Of a DNA stretch of 64,000 nucleotides, positions 39,871 through 49,673 are shown piece after piece. The stretch is taken from NCBI GenBank assembly GCA_026914245.1, contig CP110440.1, forward strand, positions 1,798,001-1,862,000, read 5' to 3'. The notes under the pieces are model-generated. The model was not told where the DNA came from. It ran no database searches and was given only the letters and a program-made list of their open reading frames with translations. The translations under genes were made by a program, and so were the position numbers. The stretch is from Puccinia triticina (Eukaryota). Numbering within the stretch: the stretch's first letter is position 1; each line of letters starts with the position of its first letter.

Positions 39871-40893
39871 ACAGCAGCTGATGAACGACCTTGATACCTT
39901 CACCCTAGCCTAGCACTATAAACACGATTGGGCTTACCGTAATAGCTATGTTTGGGGTCGGACAGCTGCGGATGATGCGCTCCAACCGACGAGAAGTCTG
40001 GTTGGAAGATGCTCGGTTGATTTTCCCACTGACGCTTCCCGTTGATTAGTCTTTCTTGGTTTGGTACTTCGTACCAGATATCTTCTTGGCCTGCGCGAAG
40101 ACTAGATGTGCACCCCCAATTTGTTGCTGAATCCGGAAGTCTCGAAGAAGCCAAGGTAGCTTTGCAAATCAAGTACCCAAGCACATGCTGTGCGAGAGAA
40201 TAAGAATTCAAGAGCATTTTGACACAATGTCTTGAACTAGCTATTTTTATGGTGGTACTCGTCAGCAATCAGCCCAGCCTGAGCTAAGGAAAGATATTGA
40301 AAGTCTTCCAGGTTTAATGCCAAGCACTACTTTAAGTCGCGCCTTGGGTCGCTGCGAGTAGTGTGAATCACTCGGTGAGATGAGACTGAGCTGCTCGATG
40401 CGACGCTACAAACTCTCTGCGATGCTCCAAGCTATGTTCGCTGCTTCAAGCTCTGTAGTTTGAGGGACGTAATGCCACCAGATCATCGAGGTTCGATTGA
40501 GCGACAGAAATACTGGAGTCTTGAGTACATAGGCAGACATGAAGTCTTATTGGAGGAGCTGAATGCCCAATGCCTCTCAGAAATTGAAGAGGCAACAAGT
40601 ACCGATAAAGAAGGCAAGTGTGATTAAGCACTCAAGTGATGTATTATTACAAAAGAAGGGTACAGGTCTAGCGGCCTTGATACTTTCTGAAGTTGTGTTG
40701 TTTTTTTCTTTTTTTTTTTTCAGCATGGGTAAGCGTACATACAATGGCTTCATGGCCCCTTACGAAGTGCTTGACATCCACTTGATCCGTTGAAGGGGAT
40801 CAGTGTGATGTGCGACTTCAACTCGAATCCCAAGCAGCTCTGCTCTTGCGCTCACATAGAGCGCCCGGAAGGGCTGGTGCCATTCCGGATCAC

Positions 40894-41940
40894 TCATGCA
40901 AAACCTGTAGTTGGCGATTTTGAGAGGGCTGGGGTACTTCGCCTGCGAACTCTGAGTCCCAGTCGAGCGAGAAGGTCAGAAGTTTTGAGGACCAAAACTG
41001 TTTTAGCAGATGGACTGGGTGCTCTAGTTCTCCGAGTATGAAAAGGGAGGGGACTGACGTCGTGATGATCATCTGTGTGGCTTCGGCCATCTGGGAGAAG
41101 ATTCTCCAGACATTGCACAAGATCCCAAGGTGTGAGCATGAGTTCTCCAGCCGACGTCAAGCCTTCATCGCAAAGGGACAGGGTCTCTAGTGACTTTCCG
41201 GAGTCGAAATAGTTGGAAGGATATAAGAGCATGGGGATGATGCAACGGCCACTTACAAGCCGCCCGGTGAGGCTCAAGGAATGGAGATGGGGAAGCTTGA
41301 AGATCGCCCGGAAGATAGGAACCGTATCTTCTGCACCGATGAAGTAAACGTCGTGTAGACCAAGTTCGCTGAGGGAAGGAGCAAGGCTGGACAGTAGGAA
41401 GGTGAAGCTGCTGATCGAGAGTTTGATCATGGCGAGATGAATTGACCTGAGATTGGATAATGAGCTGAAGAATCCCGGGTCGAGGTAGAGTTCCTTCGAC
41501 AGTTGGAGTTGGCGCGTCAGAGTCTCTTGGTAAGCTGTCTGGGACATTGCATCTGATTTAGAGCGATCAACATTGGGGTAGAGGTTTAGGAGCAAGGTGC
41601 GGACCGCACAGGCGGAGGGGGCGGCGGTGCGGCGGTATCTCGTTGATCGGTCGTCGAGGGCGGGTCCTTGGTGGTCGGGCTGGACCCTGCTTAGCGAATC
41701 CTGGAAGCTCAATAGCTGCTGGATCGAGGAGATGATGGGATGTTGGCGGAGGGCGAGACAGACCGGTTGGGACCAGCTGGGATGGACACACGCCAATGTG
41801 GCCAGCCAGGCTTGGGCGGCCGACGAGACTGGTGGGGTGAAATTGGAAACGATGATCGGCACCACATCGGCGGAGGTGGTGGCGTGGCGAACCGCATGCT
41901 GCGGGCGAGTATTGCGAGTATCGGACATGTTGGTAGGCAC
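40894..41940 (-). CDS. Hypothetical protein with leucine-rich (RNI/LRR-like) repeats
   Basis: 348-aa ORF with LxxLxL motifs (LSNLRSIHL, SLSELGL, LPHLHSLSL, SLETLSL). Confidence 0.55.
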   Translation of the reverse strand: MPTNMSDTRNTRPQHAVRHATTSADVVPIIVSNFTPPVSSAAQAWLATLACVHPSWSQPVCLALRQHPIISSIQQLLSFQDSLSRVQPDHQGPALDDRSTRYRRTAAPSACAVRTLLLNLYPNVDRSKSDAMSQTAYQETLTRQLQLSKELYLDPGFFSSLSNLRSIHLAMIKLSISSFTFLLSSLAPSLSELGLHDVYFIGAEDTVPIFRAIFKLPHLHSLSLTGRLVSGRCIIPMLLYPSNYFDSGKSLETLSLCDEGLTSAGELMLTPWDLVQCLENLLPDGRSHTDDHHDVSPLPFHTRRTRAPSPSAKTVLVLKTSDLLARLGLRVRRRSTPALSKSPTTGFA

Positions 41941-44517
41941 GAATACGATGAGAGCAAGAGGAGCAGGACTTGGAAGTTCAGCTTCGGTATCAGCTTGGTC
42001 AGTGTTGGGAGGACCGAGTTGGGTTCAGGGCAGCGAAGGCGGACCAGGTTGAACGACCATCGACCTGTCGATGCTTGAATACTAGGCCGGGCCTCCGGGA
42101 AGCCATCGGGCCCAGCAGCTGCGAGGGACTGTACTGTAAGTTAGGGCTAGATGCCGATAGGACACATCGCCGAGCTTTCCATCCAGACATCCATGACTGC
42201 AATCACCCGTGACAGCAGAACCAAAACCAATCAGATCTTATATGGCGCATCAGCCCCAGGGGCCAACGATTCTACATTCAGCTACTTTTCTTCCGGAGAT
42301 GAGCTCTCCCAGTCGACCTGGCTTCGTTGGTCAAGTGATCGGGGTCGCCCGTCTAAGTAGAAAAAAAAACGTATTTAAGTGAGCCCGATCCAATATGGTC
42401 TGGAGGGGTCGAAGAGGACGAGGACGAATGATTGGACAATCGCGAAAGAAGTTGAAAGGGTGATCTTGTGAAGTCATAATTGATGAGATAGAGGCGCCCA
42501 TCACGCGCAGCGCGAGCCCCCTCTCTGTCCGAGAGATGGCTGCGGGGCCTCCCCCTTGTCGAGAGAAGCTTCTCGACAACACACAGTCGCTGTTCGAATT
42601 CTCATTGACTTCCTTTCTTTCACTATGCTTTGATTTAGCCTGCCATTCTTTACTTTTATTCATAACGTTTTATGTAAGGGTGTACTCTTGTGAGATAAAT
42701 AGAGTCCTATGCGGAATAGCCTATCTTGATTCTTATTCAATTCTTGTCCCACTCTTCTCTGATTCATTATCGAATGATCTCCCCTCCTTAAGACGGTTTG
42801 TCATCGAAGATGATGCATATGTAAGCTTCAAACACACAAGCAATGAACGCCATCGGTTCTCCAGCTCCTTAAAGTCCCGCCCGACCTCAAACCATTTCGA
42901 AACCCACACCATCAACTCATCTTCGCTTCCGACATTCTCATTATCTTTAATCCATCTCATCCATTCGGCCGAAACTTCGTCAGATCCAGCTCTTGCCCAA
43001 TCAGCTATCATCTGATCTAGGAGTATTTTTTGCTGCTCTTGTCAGCATTCCGAGCGCCACTGGTGTGCCGATATGATATGCGCTCGGCAACTCAACGCCT
43101 GCTGTGACTCCGCAAACCTATCGCTTTACTTGGGTGCTTTTTCGATGTAGACTAACCGCTCCGCTATTTCATCGATGGTGTTTGGGTGATGTTTCCCTCC
43201 GGTCATACTGGCCCTTGACGGTGTTTCACGTCTCCTGAGAAACAAGCTTACCGTGCTAGTAGACCACGCTATATTTCGAGTTAAACTCAATCATTTTGTG
43301 TCAAGAAGTGCTTGAGCTAGGAATCGGGCCCCTTAATATTCCATCAGATAATCATCTTGGTTGTTTTCGAAGAGATGTCATGTCCCACGGTGCACTGTGC
43401 ACATTGTTCACATGCTTCCTGAGGTCGGCCAACCTCTTGAACTTCTTAGTGCAAGATGTCTTTCCGGCAGGCACCGTTCTCACGGCATGGTAACTGCAGG
43501 CGACTGTTTTTGTGTTTCGTTGAAAGTAGTCAGCATTCTCTCCAATGTGATGAGACAAATTTGGTGAAAAGTAAAAGCTTTACGCGAGATAATTGGAGGG
43601 AAAAAAAAAAAACTTACAAAGTTGATTCGGGGAGTGTGTGACCCAGTGCCCTTTGACATTGTCCTTCCTGGAGATCTGCTTCCCGCAACCAGGGAATGTG
43701 CATACAAACTTCCCTGTTTGACTGTCAATCGAATATAGCGCACCTCGGCGCTCGCTAGGGCCGTGACCTGAAAGCTGAGATTCCGGTTCAGGATTCGATA
43801 CTATAGCTGGGCTTTCCGGTACTGTTCCGGTTTGTCGCGGGGAATTACTATTTTGAATTTAATTAACAGAGGAACAATAAGCTTCAATTTTCAATCAACA
43901 AAGCACCCAGAAAATATTCCCTGAATCAGCTCACACATCGTTTTGAGAATTTTCTCTGTTGGACGATTGGTGTGAATAATAGTTCCCAAGTTGGTAGCTG
44001 TGATAGATTGAAATTCCTTATGAATTGGCCAAAAGTTCCTGACTGATTATGTGTTCCTCAAAAACAAACTTAAATGCATGCTTGAGGATGTTGCTGGTAA
44101 TAAGATCAGCAGGGTTTTTGCTGCCAGAATTGTTATGAGCTGCGCCCGCGCGCCAGGCTCATCCCTGGACATGTCTTGTAGCTACACACACATGTCACGC
44201 TCCTCACCATAAGGAGGAGCCGGGGGAAGATCCATTCTCTTTCCCCATCTAGCAATTTACATTCTAGCTAGACTTGACGGACCAGCGCCTCCCCACCCTG
44301 AGGACAGACCCTTACATATTGCTAGATCTCAACACGGGGGACGAGGCCGAAACCAGAATCAGAAAGAACTGAAGACCGAACAAGAAGAACCAGAACCAAA
44401 CGATAAGAAGAACCAGAACCAAACGATCAGAGCTAAAGAGAGAATCGACGATCCTCAAAAAGACCGCACAGACCAGAACCAGACCGAACCACCGACAACC
44501 CTGAACCAACCACTCGA

Positions 44518-45528
44518 ATGGCCGACGACGCAGCAGCACTCTGTGCCCGGGTGGACGAATTGGCGGCATCCATCCAAGAAGAACGCGGACTTCGCCAGCG
44601 AGCCGAGGCTGAACTAGCGGCACCTTGGGCAGGCATGGTTGCGCCGGCCGTAGTACCCATTGTCCCAGGACAGCCTCCAAACGCGCCCCAAATCCTAGAC
44701 GATACCACGGCGAAGGGGCCCAAAATCGGCCTGCCAGACAAGTACAATGGCACGCGAGGGCCGAAGGCCGAGGTATACGTCACGCAAATTGGTTTATACG
44801 TCCTCTCTAACCCCCGGATGTTCCCCAACGACCGTAGCAGGATCATTTTCTCGATCTCATACCTCACCGGCCAAGCCAGCGAATGGGCTCAGCCATTCAC
44901 GACGAAGCTGTTCGCCGGACACCCGGTATCGTACCTCGAATTCGCCACGGCCTTCCAGATGATGTACTACGACACCGAGCGGAAGTCCCAAGCTGAGAAG
45001 GCGCTGAGACTGCTGAAACAAACCAAGTCGGTGGCGCACTATACCTTCCAGTTCAACCAGCACACCTCGAACACGGGTTGGGAAATGACAACGCTCATGA
45101 GTCAATACCAGCAGGGACTCAAGAAAGACATCCGGTTGGCCCTAGTCCTGGCTAGGACCCAATTCACCGCACTGACCGACCTCAGCAACCTCGCCCTGAA
45201 AATCGACAACGAGATCAACGGAGCAGACCAGTACGCGACAGACCTCACAGCTACAGCGGCCGACCCTAACGCCATGGACGTCTTGGCGATGAGAGGCCCG
45301 CTCACAAGCGCGGACAAGGCCAGCATGATGCAAGCCGGACTTTGTTTCTTTTGCGGCGAGAAGGGTCACATTGCGAGGAGCTGCCCAAAGAAAGGAAAGG
45401 GGAAGAGCAACGTGGATGCAAGGATTGCCGAACTGGAGGACCAAGTACGACGTCTCACCACGGGAGAGGGGACCAGCGGCGGGGCAGGCATGGCGGACGA
45501 CTCAAAAAATGGCGAGGCTTGGGTGTGA
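44518..45528 (+). CDS. gag: Gag with CCHC zinc knuckle
   Basis: PDKYNGTRG, SYLTGQASEWAQP, CFFCGEKGHIARSC. Confidence 0.95.
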   Translation: MADDAAALCARVDELAASIQEERGLRQRAEAELAAPWAGMVAPAVVPIVPGQPPNAPQILDDTTAKGPKIGLPDKYNGTRGPKAEVYVTQIGLYVLSNPRMFPNDRSRIIFSISYLTGQASEWAQPFTTKLFAGHPVSYLEFATAFQMMYYDTERKSQAEKALRLLKQTKSVAHYTFQFNQHTSNTGWEMTTLMSQYQQGLKKDIRLALVLARTQFTALTDLSNLALKIDNEINGADQYATDLTATAADPNAMDVLAMRGPLTSADKASMMQAGLCFFCGEKGHIARSCPKKGKGKSNVDARIAELEDQVRRLTTGEGTSGGAGMADDSKNGEAWV

Positions 45529-48500
45529 GCGTTGTGCCTCACCCGAGCGGAGGGATTGTAGTAGCAAAGTTAGGGGCTTGTAATAAGTTAGGGGCTTGTA
45601 ATATTGTTCACCTCAATGCAATCAATAATAGGCTGTTCGTCAGCACCCCCGTTTCTTCTTACTACCATCCCAGAGCCACAACCACCGCCCCACTTGCCAC
45701 GTTCCTCATAGACTCGGGGGCAACCCACGACGTCATCAGTGAGACGTACGCGAACAGAGAGAGATTAAAGCTCATACCGTCACCAGCTGAGAGGACAATC
45801 TCGGGCTTTGACGGTTCAAATAACACATCATCAGCTGAGGTGCAGCTGTTCCTTGATGCCGACACAAAACCGACAACATTCATAGTCACACGCCTCAAGG
45901 ACACCTACGACGGGATACTGGGGATGCCGTGGGTCAGAGCCCACGGGCACCACATTGATTGGAAGGAGCGCAGATTTAAGCCCACCATCCAGGAGATCGC
46001 CACTGCCGAGACAGTGTCGTCAGTTCCGAAAACAACCTCAATAGACGGGGAGGAGCCCGGGTTGAGGCATGCGAGGAAAACTGACGAGGGGGTGCGCGCT
46101 TTATGCCGAGTAACACCCCCGCGATGTGAGTCTGGTTCTATCTTACCCCATCCCTACCAGACAGAGAGTATGAGAATATCTGGCAAGCGGGTACACCCTT
46201 TAGGACTTACACCACAGGCCCCGCGGACGACAACCAAATTCCCGGAGTCCGATCAAACAGGAATCGCCACCGTTTCAGCGGTGTTGTCAGGTCCGAAAAA
46301 AACCTCAACAGACGGGGAGGAGCCCGGGTTGAGGCACGCGAGGACAACTGACGAGGGGGTGCGCGCTTCGTGCCGACTAACACCTCCGCGATGTGAGTAC
46401 ATTTCTATCTCCCTAGGGCCCAATGTCTCAGTCAGTGTAGGGACAACTGGCAAGCGGGTACCTCCTTTAGAAAGCCTTCAGCAGGAACCCAACGCGAATA
46501 CCGGTCAATTGGGTGCGGCGAAGACGGTCTGGTCCACGTCGGCAAAACTAGCGGCCGATGCCAAGTCGGCGGAGCCGCAACGATCACCAGAAGAACTAGT
46601 CCCGGCGGTGTACCACCAATACTTACGGATGTTCTACAAGTCGGAGGCCCAGAAGCTACCCCCCCGAAGAAAATACGACTTCCGCGTCGACCTGCTTCCC
46701 GGAACCCTCCCGCAGGCCAGTCGCATAATCCCACTGTCACCGGCAGAAAACGACGCCCTGGACAAATTACTTAGAGAAGGATTGGATCAAGGCACTATCA
46801 GAAGGACCACGTCACCTTGGGCGGCGCCAGTACTGTTTACGGGAAAGAAGGACGGTAACTTACGGCCGTGCTTCGACTACCGTAAACTGAATGCTGTCAC
46901 AGTAAAAAATAAGTACCCCCTCCCGTTGACAATGGATTTAGTAGATAGCTTACTAGATGCCAACCGGTTCACCAAGCTGGACTTGCGAAACGCGTACAGA
47001 AACCTGAGAGTGGCCAAGGGAGACGAAGAAAAATTAGCGTTTGTCTGCTGGGCGGGACAGTTTGCGCCATTGACGATGCCTTTTGGGCCCACGGGGGCCC
47101 CAGGATTCTTCCAGTTTTTTATGCAAGACATCCTATTGGGACGGATCGGAAAAGACGTTGCGGCGTATCTGGATGATATCATGATATACACTCAGCGAGG
47201 ATCTAACCATGAAGAGGCCGTGCTAAGCGTACTTGAAACGCTGAGCAAGCAACAGCTTTGGTTGAAGCCGGAAAAGTGCGAGTTTTCCCGAGGAGAGGTA
47301 GAATACCTAGGGCTCCTGATCTCCTGCAACAGGGTGAGGATGGATCCGAATAAAGTGAAAGCCGTGACGGATTGGCCAGCACCAGCTTCAGTAACAGAAC
47401 TACAACGGTTTGTCGGATTCGCAAACTTCTATCGCAGGTTCATAGGGAGCTTCTCCAAGACCACCCGACCGCTACACGACCTTACTCGCGCAAACACTCA
47501 ATTCGTGTGGGACAAGCGATGCCAGGCGGCTTTCGACGAGCTGAAGACGGCGTTCACCACCGCACCTATCCTGAAGATAGCCGACCCCTACAAGCCATTC
47601 TTATTGGAGTGTGATTGCTCGGATTTTGCGTTAGGAGCTGTGTTGTCGCAGATATGCAGCAGGGATGGGGAGCTACATCTGGTGGCGTTCCTATCGCGAT
47701 CCCTCATCCAAGCTGAAAGGAACTATGAGATCTTTGATAAGGAGTTGTTGGCGATCGTGGCGGCGTTTAAAGAATGGCGCCATGATCTCGAAGGGAACCC
47801 GAACCGCCTGAAGGCAATAGTGTACACTGATCACCGAAACCTTGAAACCTTCATGACAACAAAAAGCCTTACGCGTCGACAGGTGAGGTGGGCTGAGACG
47901 CTAGGCAACTTCGACTTTGAAATCGTGTTTCGCCCAGGTCGCCAGTCTACAAAGCCGGACGCCCTTTCCAGACGCCCGGACCTAGCCCCAAAGGGAGAGG
48001 AAAAGCTGACGTTTGGACAAATTCTACGGCCGGAGAACATCACCTCCGAATCTTTCGCGGCGATAGCAGAAATCGATGAGTTCTTCATTGACGAGTCAAT
48101 TGACCTACTCGATGCGGACTATTGGTTCGAAGTAGACGTTATGGGGGCTGAGGAGAACAGGCAATCGCTAGAAGAGGAAGAGGATCTTATCCCTTCGGAC
48201 ACGGAGCTGATGAGTTATATTAGGACAGCTTCAGGGGATGACGAGAGACTGACCAGTTTGATGACCGACTGTGGGAAAGGGAATGCGACGAGAAACGGGT
48301 GGAGCCTCAACGATGGAGTACTGTACCGCGACGGATGGGTGGAAGTACCGGCCGACGATAGAATCAAGACAGCCATCTTGAAGAGCCGCCACGACTGCCG
48401 TATGGCGGGACACCCGGGCAGGGCCAAGACACTCGCACTAGTCCGGCGATGCTTCAACTGGCCATCGCTTAAGAAGTTCGTCAACCGATATGTCGATGGG

Positions 48501-49673
48501 TGCGACTCGTGCCAGAGGGTTAAGGCAACAACCCAGAAGCCATTTGGCGCCCTCGAGCCCCTGCCGGTGCCTGCGGGCCCGTGGACAGACATTTCTTACG
48601 ATCTGATCACGGACCTGCCGGAGTCACACGGGAAGGACAGTATTCTCACGGTAGTGGACCGGTTTTCGAAAATGGCCCACTTCGTAGCGTGTCGCAAGGA
48701 CTCATCTTCAGAAGAACTAGCCGATCTGATGCTGAGGAACGTATGGCGGCTGCATGGGACGCCTAAGACAATAGTGTCGGACCGGGGAAGCATCTTTATT
48801 TCGCGGATTACAAAAGAGTTAAGCGGCCGGCTGGGAATTAGGCTCTGTCCATCGACGGCGTACCACCCTTGGACAGACGGCCAGTCTGAGATCACGAACA
48901 AAGCCGTAGAACAGTACCTCCGGCATTTCACAAGCTACAGGCAGGACAACTGGGAACCTCTGCTAGCCATGGCGGAATTTTCGCACAACAACAGCACGCA
49001 CACGTCGACAGGAATGTTGCCATTCAAAGCGAACTACGGTTTTGACTTGACACTAGGGGGAATACCTTCTTCGACGCAATGTTTACCTACGGTAGAGGAC
49101 AGACTACGAACGCTGAACTCGGTACAAGAGGAGCTGAAAGCAGCCCTGGAAGAGGCACAGAACCGGATGAAAACTCAATTCGACAGACACGCGCGACCGA
49201 CGCCGGATTGGAAGATCGGCGACGAGGTATGGCTCAACAGCAGGAATATCTCGACGACCAGGCCATGCCCCAAGCTAGGTCACAAGTGGCTGGGGCCCTT
49301 CCCAATCTGCGCTAAAATTTCTCAATCCGTTTATAAACTGACACTCCCCCTCTCAATGAAAGGGGTACATTCTGTATTTCATGTGTCAGTTTTGAGAAAA
49401 CACTCTACAGATACAATCAACGGAAGAGGGACAGATAGACCGGCGCCGGTAAGAATCAACGGGGAAGAAGAATGGGAGGTGGCGGAGATCTTGGACAGCA
49501 GGCGAATGAGGAAGAAGAAACAATATTTGGTCTCGTGGAAAGGATTCGGACCCGAGGAAGATTCATGGGAGCCGGCTGAAAATTTGGCGAACTGCCAGGA
49601 ACTCGTGCAAAATTTCGACTCAAGATTTCCCGACGCGACGGAAAGACACGCCAGGAGGAGGAGGATGAAATGA
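45342..49673 (+). CDS. pol: Pol polyprotein (protease, RT, RNase H, integrase, chromodomain), -1 frame relative to gag
   Basis: LIDSGAT; YLDD; DCSDFALG/ELLAIV; H-H-CDSC with DDE core; WEVAEILDSR...YLVSWKGF..EEDSWEP. Confidence 0.97.
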   Translation: MFLLRREGSHCEELPKERKGEEQRGCKDCRTGGPSTTSHHGRGDQRRGRHGGRLKKWRGLGVSVVPHPSGGIVVAKLGACNKLGACNIVHLNAINNRLFVSTPVSSYYHPRATTTAPLATFLIDSGATHDVISETYANRERLKLIPSPAERTISGFDGSNNTSSAEVQLFLDADTKPTTFIVTRLKDTYDGILGMPWVRAHGHHIDWKERRFKPTIQEIATAETVSSVPKTTSIDGEEPGLRHARKTDEGVRALCRVTPPRCESGSILPHPYQTESMRISGKRVHPLGLTPQAPRTTTKFPESDQTGIATVSAVLSGPKKTSTDGEEPGLRHARTTDEGVRASCRLTPPRCEYISISLGPNVSVSVGTTGKRVPPLESLQQEPNANTGQLGAAKTVWSTSAKLAADAKSAEPQRSPEELVPAVYHQYLRMFYKSEAQKLPPRRKYDFRVDLLPGTLPQASRIIPLSPAENDALDKLLREGLDQGTIRRTTSPWAAPVLFTGKKDGNLRPCFDYRKLNAVTVKNKYPLPLTMDLVDSLLDANRFTKLDLRNAYRNLRVAKGDEEKLAFVCWAGQFAPLTMPFGPTGAPGFFQFFMQDILLGRIGKDVAAYLDDIMIYTQRGSNHEEAVLSVLETLSKQQLWLKPEKCEFSRGEVEYLGLLISCNRVRMDPNKVKAVTDWPAPASVTELQRFVGFANFYRRFIGSFSKTTRPLHDLTRANTQFVWDKRCQAAFDELKTAFTTAPILKIADPYKPFLLECDCSDFALGAVLSQICSRDGELHLVAFLSRSLIQAERNYEIFDKELLAIVAAFKEWRHDLEGNPNRLKAIVYTDHRNLETFMTTKSLTRRQVRWAETLGNFDFEIVFRPGRQSTKPDALSRRPDLAPKGEEKLTFGQILRPENITSESFAAIAEIDEFFIDESIDLLDADYWFEVDVMGAEENRQSLEEEEDLIPSDTELMSYIRTASGDDERLTSLMTDCGKGNATRNGWSLNDGVLYRDGWVEVPADDRIKTAILKSRHDCRMAGHPGRAKTLALVRRCFNWPSLKKFVNRYVDGCDSCQRVKATTQKPFGALEPLPVPAGPWTDISYDLITDLPESHGKDSILTVVDRFSKMAHFVACRKDSSSEELADLMLRNVWRLHGTPKTIVSDRGSIFISRITKELSGRLGIRLCPSTAYHPWTDGQSEITNKAVEQYLRHFTSYRQDNWEPLLAMAEFSHNNSTHTSTGMLPFKANYGFDLTLGGIPSSTQCLPTVEDRLRTLNSVQEELKAALEEAQNRMKTQFDRHARPTPDWKIGDEVWLNSRNISTTRPCPKLGHKWLGPFPICAKISQSVYKLTLPLSMKGVHSVFHVSVLRKHSTDTINGRGTDRPAPVRINGEEEWEVAEILDSRRMRKKKQYLVSWKGFGPEEDSWEPAENLANCQELVQNFDSRFPDATERHARRRRMK

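Noticed and set aside
42733..43011. 92-aa ORF MIADWARAG...
   Set aside because: It could be a terminal exon, but I could not identify a family or a complete gene model.
45662..48931. Antisense ORFs within pol, and likewise within the gag genes and the 37-39 kb gene
   Set aside because: Shadow ORFs of long coding regions with no independent support.
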